The translations under genes were made by a program, and so were the position numbers. DNA of 64,000 nucleotides from an uncultured delta proteobacterium (GTDB lineage Bacteria; Desulfobacterota; Desulfomonilia; UBA1062): assembly GCA_963798485.1 (NCBI GenBank), contig CAWCTR010000017.1, forward strand, positions 1-64,000, given 5' to 3'. Shown piece by piece: positions 21,181 to 30,411 of the stretch. The stretch's first letter is position 1, and the number at the start of each line of letters is the position of its first letter. The notes below the pieces were generated by a model. It made no database searches. It had not been told where the DNA came from and saw nothing but the letters and a program-made list of their open reading frames with translations.

Positions 21181-22290
21181 TCATGCATTATCGAGTTTTG
21201 AGAGGACCTCACGTTCTTCATCGAAATCAGCAAACCTGAGTGCAATATTTCGAAAGATATCAATCAGATCCATAAAGGCTTTGACTATGTCAGGGTCGAA
21301 GTGAATTCCCTGCTCACCATAAATAATTGATATTGCTTTGTGATGCGGCATTGGTGGTTTGTAGACGCGCTTACTGATTAAGGCATCATAGACATCTGCA
21401 ATGGCCATCATCCTGCCACAAACCGGTATTTCATCCCCCTTGAGTCCCTGTGGATATCCTGTTCCATCCCATTTTTCATGATGGGTGTAGGCTATTTCCT
21501 CTGCAATATGAAGAAAAGAATTATCACCTAATCTTTTTGCAGCCGCATGGATTACATTGCGGCCATACACTGTGTGTTTTTTCATCTCTTCAAATTCTTC
21601 CCCTGTCAGTTTGCCTGGTTTCAGGAGAATGCTATCGGAAATTGCTACCTTGCCTATGTCATGGAGCGGAGCTGATTTATATAGAAGATCTATAGTACTG
21701 TCTTGCAGGAGATCTTTGAACTTATCATGATCTTTGAGGTGCACAGCTAGGGCTTTAATATAATGTTGTGTCCGCTTGATATGGCCACCAGTTTCGGGAT
21801 CTCTGAACTCAGCCAGAGTACCCATGCTTTCCATGGCTACTTCCTGGGCAAGCTCAAGCTCTCTGGTTCTTATCTGAACAAGCTCTTCCAGATTATCCCT
21901 GTACCTTTTGAGTTCCAGATGATTCCTTACCCGCGCCTTTACTAAGGATAGACAGAATGGCTTTGAGATATAGTCTAAGGCCCCCAATTCCAATCCTCTA
22001 TATTCATTATCTTCCCCATTTAAACTTGTGATGAATATTACCGGTATAGCCCGGGTTTTCTCTAAGGCCTTCAACCGTGAACATACTTCATACCCGTTCA
22101 TACCCGGCATCTGGACATCAAGAAGAATGATATCAGGAGGGGGATCTGCTGAAGCTATTTCCAGTGCCTTTTGACCATTGGTGGATGTAACAATCACATA
22201 TGAATCCTTCAAGGTTTCCGTGAGCATTTGGGTAATCATTTCTGAATCGTCGACGATAAGAATCTTTTGTTTTCCAGTTTCGTCAATCAC
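21181..22290 (-). CDS. Response regulator with HD-GYP c-di-GMP phosphodiesterase domain (RpfG-like)
   Basis: REC domain (ILIVDD, LLDVQMP, KPF) plus LHDIGK and HHEKWDGTGYP. Confidence 0.93.
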   Translation of the reverse strand: MIDETGKQKILIVDDSEMITQMLTETLKDSYVIVTSTNGQKALEIASADPPPDIILLDVQMPGMNGYEVCSRLKALEKTRAIPVIFITSLNGEDNEYRGLELGALDYISKPFCLSLVKARVRNHLELKRYRDNLEELVQIRTRELELAQEVAMESMGTLAEFRDPETGGHIKRTQHYIKALAVHLKDHDKFKDLLQDSTIDLLYKSAPLHDIGKVAISDSILLKPGKLTGEEFEEMKKHTVYGRNVIHAAAKRLGDNSFLHIAEEIAYTHHEKWDGTGYPQGLKGDEIPVCGRMMAIADVYDALISKRVYKPPMPHHKAISIIYGEQGIHFDPDIVKAFMDLIDIFRNIALRFADFDEEREVLSKLDNA

Positions 22291-22380
22291 TGGGCTAATC
22301 CTCGTAATGTATCGACCATATATACACTCATAAGCCCCTGTCCATATTCATAAATGAAACACTTCATTGCGTCGCTATTC

Positions 22381-23418
22381 TTATGTTGATTCTAAATCCG
22401 TTTCACTTGTAACCCGGCATCTTCCATCTTGTTTTGACTTATAAAGAGCCTTGTCTGCTCTCTGGATGATGCTTTCCAGCGATTCACCTGTCCTGTACTG
22501 TGCAACGCCGATGGAAAGTTGGATCGGTTCAATGGACTGGCTTTTATCCTTCGATTTCCAGTTCAAATTCTTGAAATATGCGCACAGCTTTTCTGCGAAA
22601 GTTACAGCTCCCTTCAGGGGCGTATTCGGAAGCAGGATCAAGAATTCATCTCCGCCGTAACGGATGACAATGTCTCTGACCTTCACATAATTCATGATCT
22701 TATCGGCTGTTATCTTGAGTACATTGTCACCAACAAGATGACCGTGAGTATCATTGATGTTCTTAAAATGATCAATGTCGGCAAAAATGAGGCACAGGTC
22801 GCTTTTTGCAGCATCAGCTTGATGTGCTTCCTCGAAGAAGGCTGTTGTAAGGTATCTTTGATTTTTAGCGCCTGTCAAGAGATCGGTTGTAGCCTGCTCC
22901 TGGATCTGTTCGAGGTTCTTGCTTAATTTTTCTACTTTATCGGCTGATTCTTGCATACGCTCCCTGAGGTTCTCCCCTGATTGCATAATCTCCTTTGTCT
23001 CGTTAAGAATCCCTTCAACCACCCTTGACACAGCCTTGATATCAAGATCCTGTTTGAGCTCTTGAGAGAATTTTTTGATTACTGCACCAAAGTTATTAAA
23101 CTGGCCTCCTCCATCAGCTACGTGTTTCAGGATATTTTTCAGGATCTTTCTGAGTTCCTCACGTATCTTTTCGATAATCTGTTTCTGGTCTGGGACAATA
23201 TATTTTTCAAAGAGATTCTTATTCAGTTCCGATGTGATACTCTGGGATTTAGTCATTGCATTATCGAGGTCTATCCTTAATTCATTGTTATTACCCGAGA
23301 CATACTCATACCAGACAGAATAACTCACCGGGTCAAAAGGAACCTTAAATCGGCTCATATGTGATATTGCCAGACGAAGATATTCCTTTGATTGTTCGAT
23401 TGAATCCTCGTAATACAT
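22381..23418 (-). CDS. GGDEF diguanylate cyclase
   Basis: DIDHFKNINDTHGHLVGD, RYGGDEF and RADKALY, with a coiled-coil N-terminus. Confidence 0.92.
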   Translation of the reverse strand: MYYEDSIEQSKEYLRLAISHMSRFKVPFDPVSYSVWYEYVSGNNNELRIDLDNAMTKSQSITSELNKNLFEKYIVPDQKQIIEKIREELRKILKNILKHVADGGGQFNNFGAVIKKFSQELKQDLDIKAVSRVVEGILNETKEIMQSGENLRERMQESADKVEKLSKNLEQIQEQATTDLLTGAKNQRYLTTAFFEEAHQADAAKSDLCLIFADIDHFKNINDTHGHLVGDNVLKITADKIMNYVKVRDIVIRYGGDEFLILLPNTPLKGAVTFAEKLCAYFKNLNWKSKDKSQSIEPIQLSIGVAQYRTGESLESIIQRADKALYKSKQDGRCRVTSETDLEST

Positions 23419-23822
23419 ATTTCACCCCTATTGTTAAACTGCATTATATGAATTACAATCCTTATCGGTGGATGGAATACCCTTCTTTATTGATTCTAAA
23501 AAACAAAGAGTGTTCTGTCTCTCAGCGACACTTTAACAGATATTTCTTGATGTAATTTATGGTGGACACAGACTGAAGGTCTCGTATCAAAATCAACACT
23601 TTGAATATATTGAATGTTTCTAAACAAAATCTATACTCACCAATAAAGCAGATGAAGCCTAAAGATCTATAAGCCCCTGAAGCATAATCATGAGTATAGA
23701 TAGCTGTAATCTATCATCACTTTTCAGCATTATGTCAGAACAAAGATCTGCTGGAGATATCTGCATAAGAATCCATTTCTTGGAAATTTCACGTTCTGGT
23801 GGGTAAGGCAATCCATCTCTAA

Positions 23823-24103
23823 TAATTCCCTGTTCCTTGTTTTAGTTTCTCTGATAAACCAAAAGAATTTCCTGATATGTTGAGTAGGGAATTTGCTTGT
23901 AAACCACTGGAATGAGTCATTAAATTAATGGCACTTTTTCATTTTAGCCCCAGATACGACAAAATTCCCTGTTAATTCCCTGATAAACAGGGAATCTGAT
24001 GTAGAGAGCAGTTCGCAGATGACTACCTTATCTACCATTAAAAACAATCACTTACAAGTTAACCTCTTCAACCAGTAAGTTCTGGGTTCCACAATAGTTC
24101 CAC
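23823..24103. repeat. AATTCCCTG/CAGGGAATT repeat cluster followed by an att-like arm
   Basis: At least six direct or inverted copies of the motif, then GTTCG...CTACCA, an IHF-like AACAATCACTTA, and GTTCCACA twice. Confidence 0.55.
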
Positions 24104-24142
24104 ACGATGTAATGCCTATATGTGCGTTAAAAGGAGACAATC

Positions 24143-25159
24143 ATGAAGAGACTACTTTTATGTATATTTACGATACTCCTTCTTTCCTCACCATTATGGG
24201 CAGACTACAAAGAATCCCTTGATAAGAAAGATTATAATACAGCTCTCAAAGAACTTATCCCGCTTGCCAAGAAGGGAGATGTTAAAGCTCAATACTACCT
24301 TGGATGGATGTATGCTTACGGCAAGGGTGTACAGCAAAATTATCAAGAGGCAAAAAAATGGTTAACGCAATCAGCATTAAGAGGCAATGTTCATGCACAA
24401 ATTAGCCTAGGGTTGATATATTACGAAGAGAGAGATTTCAAAGAAGCATTTAACTGGGACATTATGGCCGCACAACAAGGATCTATTTTGACTCAAGGGC
24501 AGGTGGGTATAATGTATGCTGAGGGACTTGGTGTACCTCAGAATTATAGTGAAGCAGCGAGATGGTTTAATAAATGTGCTGCTGGAGGGAGCGCAGAGGC
24601 TCAATTTAGACTTGGATGGTTATACGAAAAAGGACTTGGTGTGCCACAAGATAATAAAGAAGCAATAAGATGGTACCAAAAAGCAGCCATTCAAGGTCAC
24701 CCTGTTGCAGAATGTAACTTGGGAACCATGTATCTTTTAGGACAGGGTGTACCACAAAACTTCTTTGAAGGTACAAATTGGTTAAAAAAAGCCGCTGACC
24801 AGGGAGAGGTTGATGCACAGCGTAACCTCGGCGTTATGTATGAAAATGGTCAAGGTGTGCCACAGAATTACGTTGAAGCATTAAAGTGGTATCGAATGGC
24901 TGCTGATCAGAAAATGGTCGAGGCACAGATCAACCTCGGCATGATGTATGAGAATGGCAAGGGTGTACCACAAAACTATGTGCAAGCATATATGTGGTAT
25001 TGTTTAGCGGCAGCTTCGGGAGAAGATGGTACAGTAATGAGAGATTATCTTGCCGAAAAGATGACACCCTCCCAGATTGCTGAAGCACAGAAGCTTGCAA
25101 GTGAATGGAAACCCAAGCTGCCACCATCTGTAATGAATGACAGGCAAATAATAAAATAA
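24143..25159 (+). CDS. Secreted Sel1-like repeat protein
   Basis: Signal peptide plus about seven repeats of AQ..LG.MY..G.GVPQNY.EA..W...AA.QG. Confidence 0.92.
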   Translation: MKRLLLCIFTILLLSSPLWADYKESLDKKDYNTALKELIPLAKKGDVKAQYYLGWMYAYGKGVQQNYQEAKKWLTQSALRGNVHAQISLGLIYYEERDFKEAFNWDIMAAQQGSILTQGQVGIMYAEGLGVPQNYSEAARWFNKCAAGGSAEAQFRLGWLYEKGLGVPQDNKEAIRWYQKAAIQGHPVAECNLGTMYLLGQGVPQNFFEGTNWLKKAADQGEVDAQRNLGVMYENGQGVPQNYVEALKWYRMAADQKMVEAQINLGMMYENGKGVPQNYVQAYMWYCLAAASGEDGTVMRDYLAEKMTPSQIAEAQKLASEWKPKLPPSVMNDRQIIK

Positions 25160-25312
25160 AGTATTACCTAGTTCTCTATCGGTGTTAGTATCCTTATATA
25201 TATGAATCGTGCGAAGGCCGTCGAACATTGGGGTTATGAAAGAAAAAGATCTCTGAAAACCCCACTCTTCGCCTCTCCAATCAGCGCAAGACCCCCCATC
25301 TCCTGCAGACAG

Positions 25313-26425
25313 CTACTCAAGTCTTTCAATCGTAAACCTTAGTTCTTTTTGAACCTTATCTGCGTCTGGTGACAAGTGACATTTTCTGTGGCAGTTGGGA
25401 CATAATGCCACCGTATTCTCAATAATATCTGAACCACCATCAGCAAGGGAAACAACGTGGTGTTCTTCTAAAAACCATTCCCCCAACTTATTACGAAATG
25501 GACCTGGTTTCTTGCATAACTCGCATGTCCCATTTGCATTTTGCAGAATCCAAGCTTTAACCAGAGGATCTCTCTCATAAATTGTTTGAATGGACTGTTG
25601 TCTCTTCGGGTGTAGTTGCCCTTTTGGCTTTCCAGTTATTTTTTTCCTAAGAAGAGAACTAACTCTTTTATCTAGTTCGGTATCATCAGCTGTCGGAGTG
25701 TAATCCCTCTCGTTTAGGAATTTCCTATGAAAGATGATCTTCTTGATTCTCTCCGAAACATCCGCACCCACATTCATCCTTGGAAGATACCCTTGAATAA
25801 TCGGATGACATAACTGTTGAAGTACCGAAGAGATGTTCTGCATTCTGAATTCAACAGAGCCCTTACTTCTATTTATAAGTTCTAGACTGCGTAGCTGTCT
25901 ATTCACCTCAGCCTTGTTATATTTACTACCTCTAAGCTCTTTGTTCAGCATTGTGAAATAGGCATAGATTGATGCTTCAAGTTCTTGGTCTGTCCACTCT
26001 ATGGACTTTGAATCAATGTCCTGATGCAAAGTAGCGGATTCAATAAAATCAATTTTAAATGTATCTGGTTTGATGCGCTCAAATCTCATTGATGGGACTT
26101 CATCGACAAATTCTTCATTTAGAGCATACTTTCTATAGAAATATGGAAACTGCTCTATAAGTTGATCTGCGAAGTCGGTTTTCCAAAATAATCGATATCT
26201 CGATTGCACTGCATCCATGTGAATGTGGGCGTTATAAGTATTAGCTCCCAACTTTAACTGAATAGGTTTAGGTGCGATGAGACTAGTTTCTGGAAGATCA
26301 AAGAAAAAGGCTATTTCTTTTGGAATGCCGGTTCCATGGTGCAAGAAAGCAGATTTATCCATGTGCTTTAAAGCAACATCATCGGATAAGATATCCCAGG
26401 AGTATGCTGAAGAGGGATAATTCAT
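25313..26425 (-). CDS. HNH endonuclease (McrA-like C-terminus)
   Basis: RDPLVKAW, CELC, LEEHHVVSLADGGSD..ENTVALCPNCHRKCH. Confidence 0.85.
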   Translation of the reverse strand: MNYPSSAYSWDILSDDVALKHMDKSAFLHHGTGIPKEIAFFFDLPETSLIAPKPIQLKLGANTYNAHIHMDAVQSRYRLFWKTDFADQLIEQFPYFYRKYALNEEFVDEVPSMRFERIKPDTFKIDFIESATLHQDIDSKSIEWTDQELEASIYAYFTMLNKELRGSKYNKAEVNRQLRSLELINRSKGSVEFRMQNISSVLQQLCHPIIQGYLPRMNVGADVSERIKKIIFHRKFLNERDYTPTADDTELDKRVSSLLRKKITGKPKGQLHPKRQQSIQTIYERDPLVKAWILQNANGTCELCKKPGPFRNKLGEWFLEEHHVVSLADGGSDIIENTVALCPNCHRKCHLSPDADKVQKELRFTIERLE

Positions 26426-26608
26426 CTTGTGCCCAATAGTTCAAATTTATTTCATTAAAGAACCATTAAGATAATTATGTCAACCTGATACCTATTCATA
26501 AGGATTACAAGATCAAGGACTTCTGTTGAGATCCTTCTAATCAAAGGTAAGGAGAATCGAAGGTCATATATTTTTATGTTATATTGAACAAGAGCTTTGA
26601 AACTTTCA

Positions 26609-26782
26609 TTATCTACCCACATACCCCACAGAATGCCCCTTGTGTTCATTGAAATTCTGAATGTACCTGTACACCAACAACTTATTACCCTTTATGATCA
26701 AGAGATTCTCAGCATTATTATCCTCTGCGGCTTTGGTGAAGTTGAATGATCCTGTAATTAAGGTAATCCGGTCAATGATTAT
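26609..26782 (-). pseudogene. C-terminal fragment of a PLD-family (Nuc-like) nuclease
   Basis: IIDRITLITGSFNFTKAAEDNNAENLLII. The HxK part of the motif and the N-terminus are missing. Confidence 0.7.
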
Positions 26783-26841
26783 CTGTGGCTGAAATACAAC
26801 AACTACATCTATCATCTATATGATATTACAAGCTATATATC

Positions 26842-26857
26842 TGGCATATGTTATGCA
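26842..26857 (+). promoter_or_regulatory. Putative sigma-54 promoter
   Basis: TGGCAT-N5-ATGCA with correct -24/-12 spacing, ~55 bp before ORF 26913. Confidence 0.45.
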
Positions 26858-26912
26858 AAATTTGAGGAAATAAGACAGTCTGGAACTCAGCAAAAGAGAT
26901 ACGGAGGATATC

Positions 26913-27140
26913 ATGATCAAGAAAATCCTATCTATACTGGTGATATTGTCTTTTCTCGGTTTTTCAACAGCGTATGCCTACGATCATGAAGATGATCATA
27001 GGAATGAACAAGGAGTAGATATTGCACTCATCGTAGCCCTCACAGTTATAACAGTGGTCTATCTGCTTGTTGCCCTAGATGGGCATGGTGGACATCGACC
27101 TTTTCCACGACACTTGGCTTTGAACATCCCAATTGATTAA
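26913..27140 (+). CDS. Small hypothetical exported/membrane protein
   Basis: RBS GGAGG, signal peptide ending AYA, one further transmembrane segment. Confidence 0.6.
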   Translation: MIKKILSILVILSFLGFSTAYAYDHEDDHRNEQGVDIALIVALTVITVVYLLVALDGHGGHRPFPRHLALNIPID

Positions 27141-27189
27141 GGGTGAAACCATAAAGAAATAATCAAATCCATTACTCACACACAGGTAC

Positions 27190-27497
27190 AAGAAGAACCC
27201 GACCGCCACTTTTTCGTCAGGGTAGAGGGAACATCCATGATCGATGCAGGGATACATCCTGGAGATATCCTGATTGTGGACAAATCTATTGACCCATTTC
27301 CCAACAATGTTGTAATCGCCGCGGTTGGTAAAGAATTCTTGGTGAAGAGGTTGATTACTGAGGGTGGCGTGAAATACTTGATGGCGGACAATCCTGACTT
27401 TGGAAGGATTGAGATTGGTGAGGGCATGGACGTAGAGATCTGGGGCGTGGTCACATGGGTGGTGCATAAGTTAAGGTATCCCGCCAATACTTCATGA
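27190..27497 (+). pseudogene. umuD: UmuD/LexA-family S24 peptidase remnant
   Basis: NPTATF/VRVEGTSMIDAGIHPGDILIVD...VKRL...IWGVVT. The 5' end is missing, there is a frameshift near 27213, and no umuC follows. Confidence 0.7.
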
Positions 27498-27695
27498 ATA
27501 TTTGTAGCAACCTTGAAATTGACCCCGAGGGCATCAAATCATCTAAAAAACTGATATGGCTGGCACGAGTCAAGAGGATAAAGATTTATTGCCTCCGTGG
27601 ATGGGGAATAAGTGGATATGAGGTTCGGGAGCTGTACAGAGGCGGGGCAGAATTTTACGACGGTTGATCTGTTAAGATTGTTTTGAGATTTTTTA

Positions 27696-28616
27696 TCAAG
27701 ATATCGGGGACACCTTCTCCAAAATATAGCCCACACCCAGTAGTATCTGGGTTATCAGGATAAACTTTACGTTACTGCCTAGAGCCGGAACTAGCTTGCT
27801 CATATCATTGTATTCTTTCGACCCCCGCATGGCTTTTATAGCGAGCGGCAGAGTCAATAAAGCTATCAGGCAATAAGCTGGCATTACGACACGTCCGGTT
27901 ATAAGAGTAGCCAGTACACAACCAATAATCCAGATATAAACAGATACCGTTGTTATTATGAAAAATTTACTGGCAGCCTCCATACCAAATACAACGGGGG
28001 TCGTCTTCCTCCCACCCTTTTTGTCGGCTTCCACATCGGGGAATTCGTTTAAAAGGAGAAGATTGTGCACCAAGATACCACTGGGTATCGAAGCAATCAG
28101 GACTGTCAAATCGTATTTACCTGTCTGTATAAAATAGAAACCCAATATGGGTAAGATGCCCAGTCCCAACCCCGGTGACCACTCAGGCCAGCGAGTATGT
28201 AGAATCACCGGCGTATATAAAACTATACACAACGCTGCTACCGCTATAAGCGGTATCAACTGCCATCCGCTTACGATTACAAAATAGATGCCTATTATCA
28301 GGGCTACCAACGAGGTGACAACCCCCACCCCGAGAGCCTGATTTAACGGGAGTCTCCCCTCGGGAACAAGCCCGCTCCCTCCACTGAAAGGAGTTCTTTG
28401 GACGTTTAAATCGATTCCACTCTTGTAATCGAAATAATCGTTTATTGCATTAACACTGCCATGAGTCAGCATCAGTCCTAACCCTGCAAGCAGTGCGTAT
28501 CCCAAATTGATGGAGCCATAGTACCAGGCAATCGAAGTTCCAATAAAGGTGAGAACAACAGAGAGAGTAAGAAATTGGGGTCGTGTTTCCTTAATCCACA
28601 GCATTAGTTTTTTCAT
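27696..28616 (-). CDS. UbiA/MenA-family prenyltransferase
   Basis: TRPQFL, NDYFDY..GID and NEFPDVEADKKGGRKT motifs in a polytopic protein. Confidence 0.88.
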   Translation of the reverse strand: MKKLMLWIKETRPQFLTLSVVLTFIGTSIAWYYGSINLGYALLAGLGLMLTHGSVNAINDYFDYKSGIDLNVQRTPFSGGSGLVPEGRLPLNQALGVGVVTSLVALIIGIYFVIVSGWQLIPLIAVAALCIVLYTPVILHTRWPEWSPGLGLGILPILGFYFIQTGKYDLTVLIASIPSGILVHNLLLLNEFPDVEADKKGGRKTTPVVFGMEAASKFFIITTVSVYIWIIGCVLATLITGRVVMPAYCLIALLTLPLAIKAMRGSKEYNDMSKLVPALGSNVKFILITQILLGVGYILEKVSPIS

Positions 28617-29215
28617 AACATATCCCTTCCGTTACATTTCTCACAAAATCATCGCGCTACATAATTGAGCGTCCGTTAATGTTTTCCATGTCTGACATCG
28701 TCCACTTATCAAAGGATTTGCCTACATGTCACCTTAAAATTGAATGTTTCCACCGAATATCTAAGCTCGATTAAGAGATAGGCAGACTACATATCTCTAT
28801 CAGGCAGCTTGACTCACATAAAAGTTACAATATCTGTAATATATGGAAGCTTTCATACCGACTTGAAAGGTCAAGATTCTCGAAGGATATCTAGCCTCGG
28901 GGATGTAAGAGATTTACGTCCATAATCTTCGCTTTCCTCAGACTGGTGATTCTCTATATATAGCTTTGTATCATCTCTCATATTAAAATAATCCATAGAT
29001 AACCATACACACCATCCACAATCATTAATAATAGTATTGTATAGTATAACAATAAGACAATGTCATCTTTTTCATTATAGAACCGCCCGTCCATATATAT
29101 TCATTTACAATTGAGACATCAGTAAGAAATAAGAGAGGCCGCCGAAGAGGGAATCTCGTTGTTTGTTTTGATGTGTAAGCAGCGAACATGAGGTTGGGCA
29201 GTCAAACTATATATA

Positions 29216-29899
29216 TTAAACATGGACTGGCTTGATGATCTCAGGTGAATCGTTTTGAGGACTGTTCACAAGCCTGGAAATCTCAAGAGCCTCCAATTCA
29301 TCATGAGGAAAGGGCTTGATACATTTCATGAGATTGTTTGCTGATTCGGGGAGTGGGTTCAGCCAGAACCTGTAACTATCCGGTTCTAGAATGGCGGGCA
29401 TCCGATTATGGATATATGACACGAATGAATTTGCATCGGTGGTGATTATGGTGCTTGAAATGAGGGTTTCTCCTGTTTGCTCATTGGTCCAATTATCCCA
29501 TAGGCCTGCAAAGGCAAAGGGCTCACCGTTTTTCATCCGTATAAAGTAAGGCGTCTTGATCTTATTCTTCTGTTTCCACTCGAAGAACCCATCACTCAGG
29601 ATGATACATCGCCGTTTTTTAAATGACTCCTTGAAAGAAGGCTTTGTCGCTATTGTATCCGCTCTGGCATTGATCATCCTGTTCCCTATAGCCTTATCCT
29701 TTGCCCAGAAAGGTATGAGTCCCCAGTGAGTAAAGGTAAGCTTTGGAACTGGTCTGTTGAGAACGGTAAGAATATCCTGCGTTGGAGCGATGTTGAATCT
29801 CTGCTTGAATCTCTCGCGGACCCCTTCCTCGATCTCCAGGTCTGTGATACTGATTTTTATTTTTTCGGGATCTGAGATCTGGATGAACCTGCCACACAT
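29216..29899 (-). CDS. SOS response-associated peptidase (SRAP/YedK family)
   Basis: Starts MCGRF, with FNIAPTQ, WGLIPFW, INARA, GFFEW and HNRMPAIL. Confidence 0.93.
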   Translation of the reverse strand: MCGRFIQISDPEKIKISITDLEIEEGVRERFKQRFNIAPTQDILTVLNRPVPKLTFTHWGLIPFWAKDKAIGNRMINARADTIATKPSFKESFKKRRCIILSDGFFEWKQKNKIKTPYFIRMKNGEPFAFAGLWDNWTNEQTGETLISSTIITTDANSFVSYIHNRMPAILEPDSYRFWLNPLPESANNLMKCIKPFPHDELEALEISRLVNSPQNDSPEIIKPVHV

Positions 29900-30411
29900 G
29901 GTATTCCTCACCTCCTGCTGATACATTTATAGATATCAGGGTGATTAAAAAAGTCCACATAGCTGTTGTTTTCTCTTCAGACAAACAAGAAGATCTGCAA
30001 GGTTCACCACTTCATGGGCAGATCTGCCGATTGTAATGGCATAACATTGCCAGGTGAGAGATCTATGAAAACGATCTCTATCAGAAGAGTCTGGATAGCA
30101 TCGATTCCTGGATGAAATCTATACAATGCACATTATATTTCATATATCCATTGCATATATTGCTATTTCTCATTAAGTTATAAAAGATATTCATTGTATT
30201 TATTGAGAGCATTTCTGGAATAGAGCAAGGGGGGATGTGTGCATTATCAGATACCTCGGTCTACTTTTCAGGGCTATTTACTACTGACCAATCACGGTAT
30301 CGCCATTCTTCTTTACCATCCCTGACTGTTTGGGAATCAGGCATAATCGATCTCTTATAAGGGTTTATAAAATTACTCTCCCCAGACTCTAACGGATCAA
30401 AGAGGATATTT

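Noticed and set aside
30038-30051. TGGCATAACATTGC as a sigma-54 promoter
   Set aside because: The -24/-12 spacing is one base short of the strict requirement.
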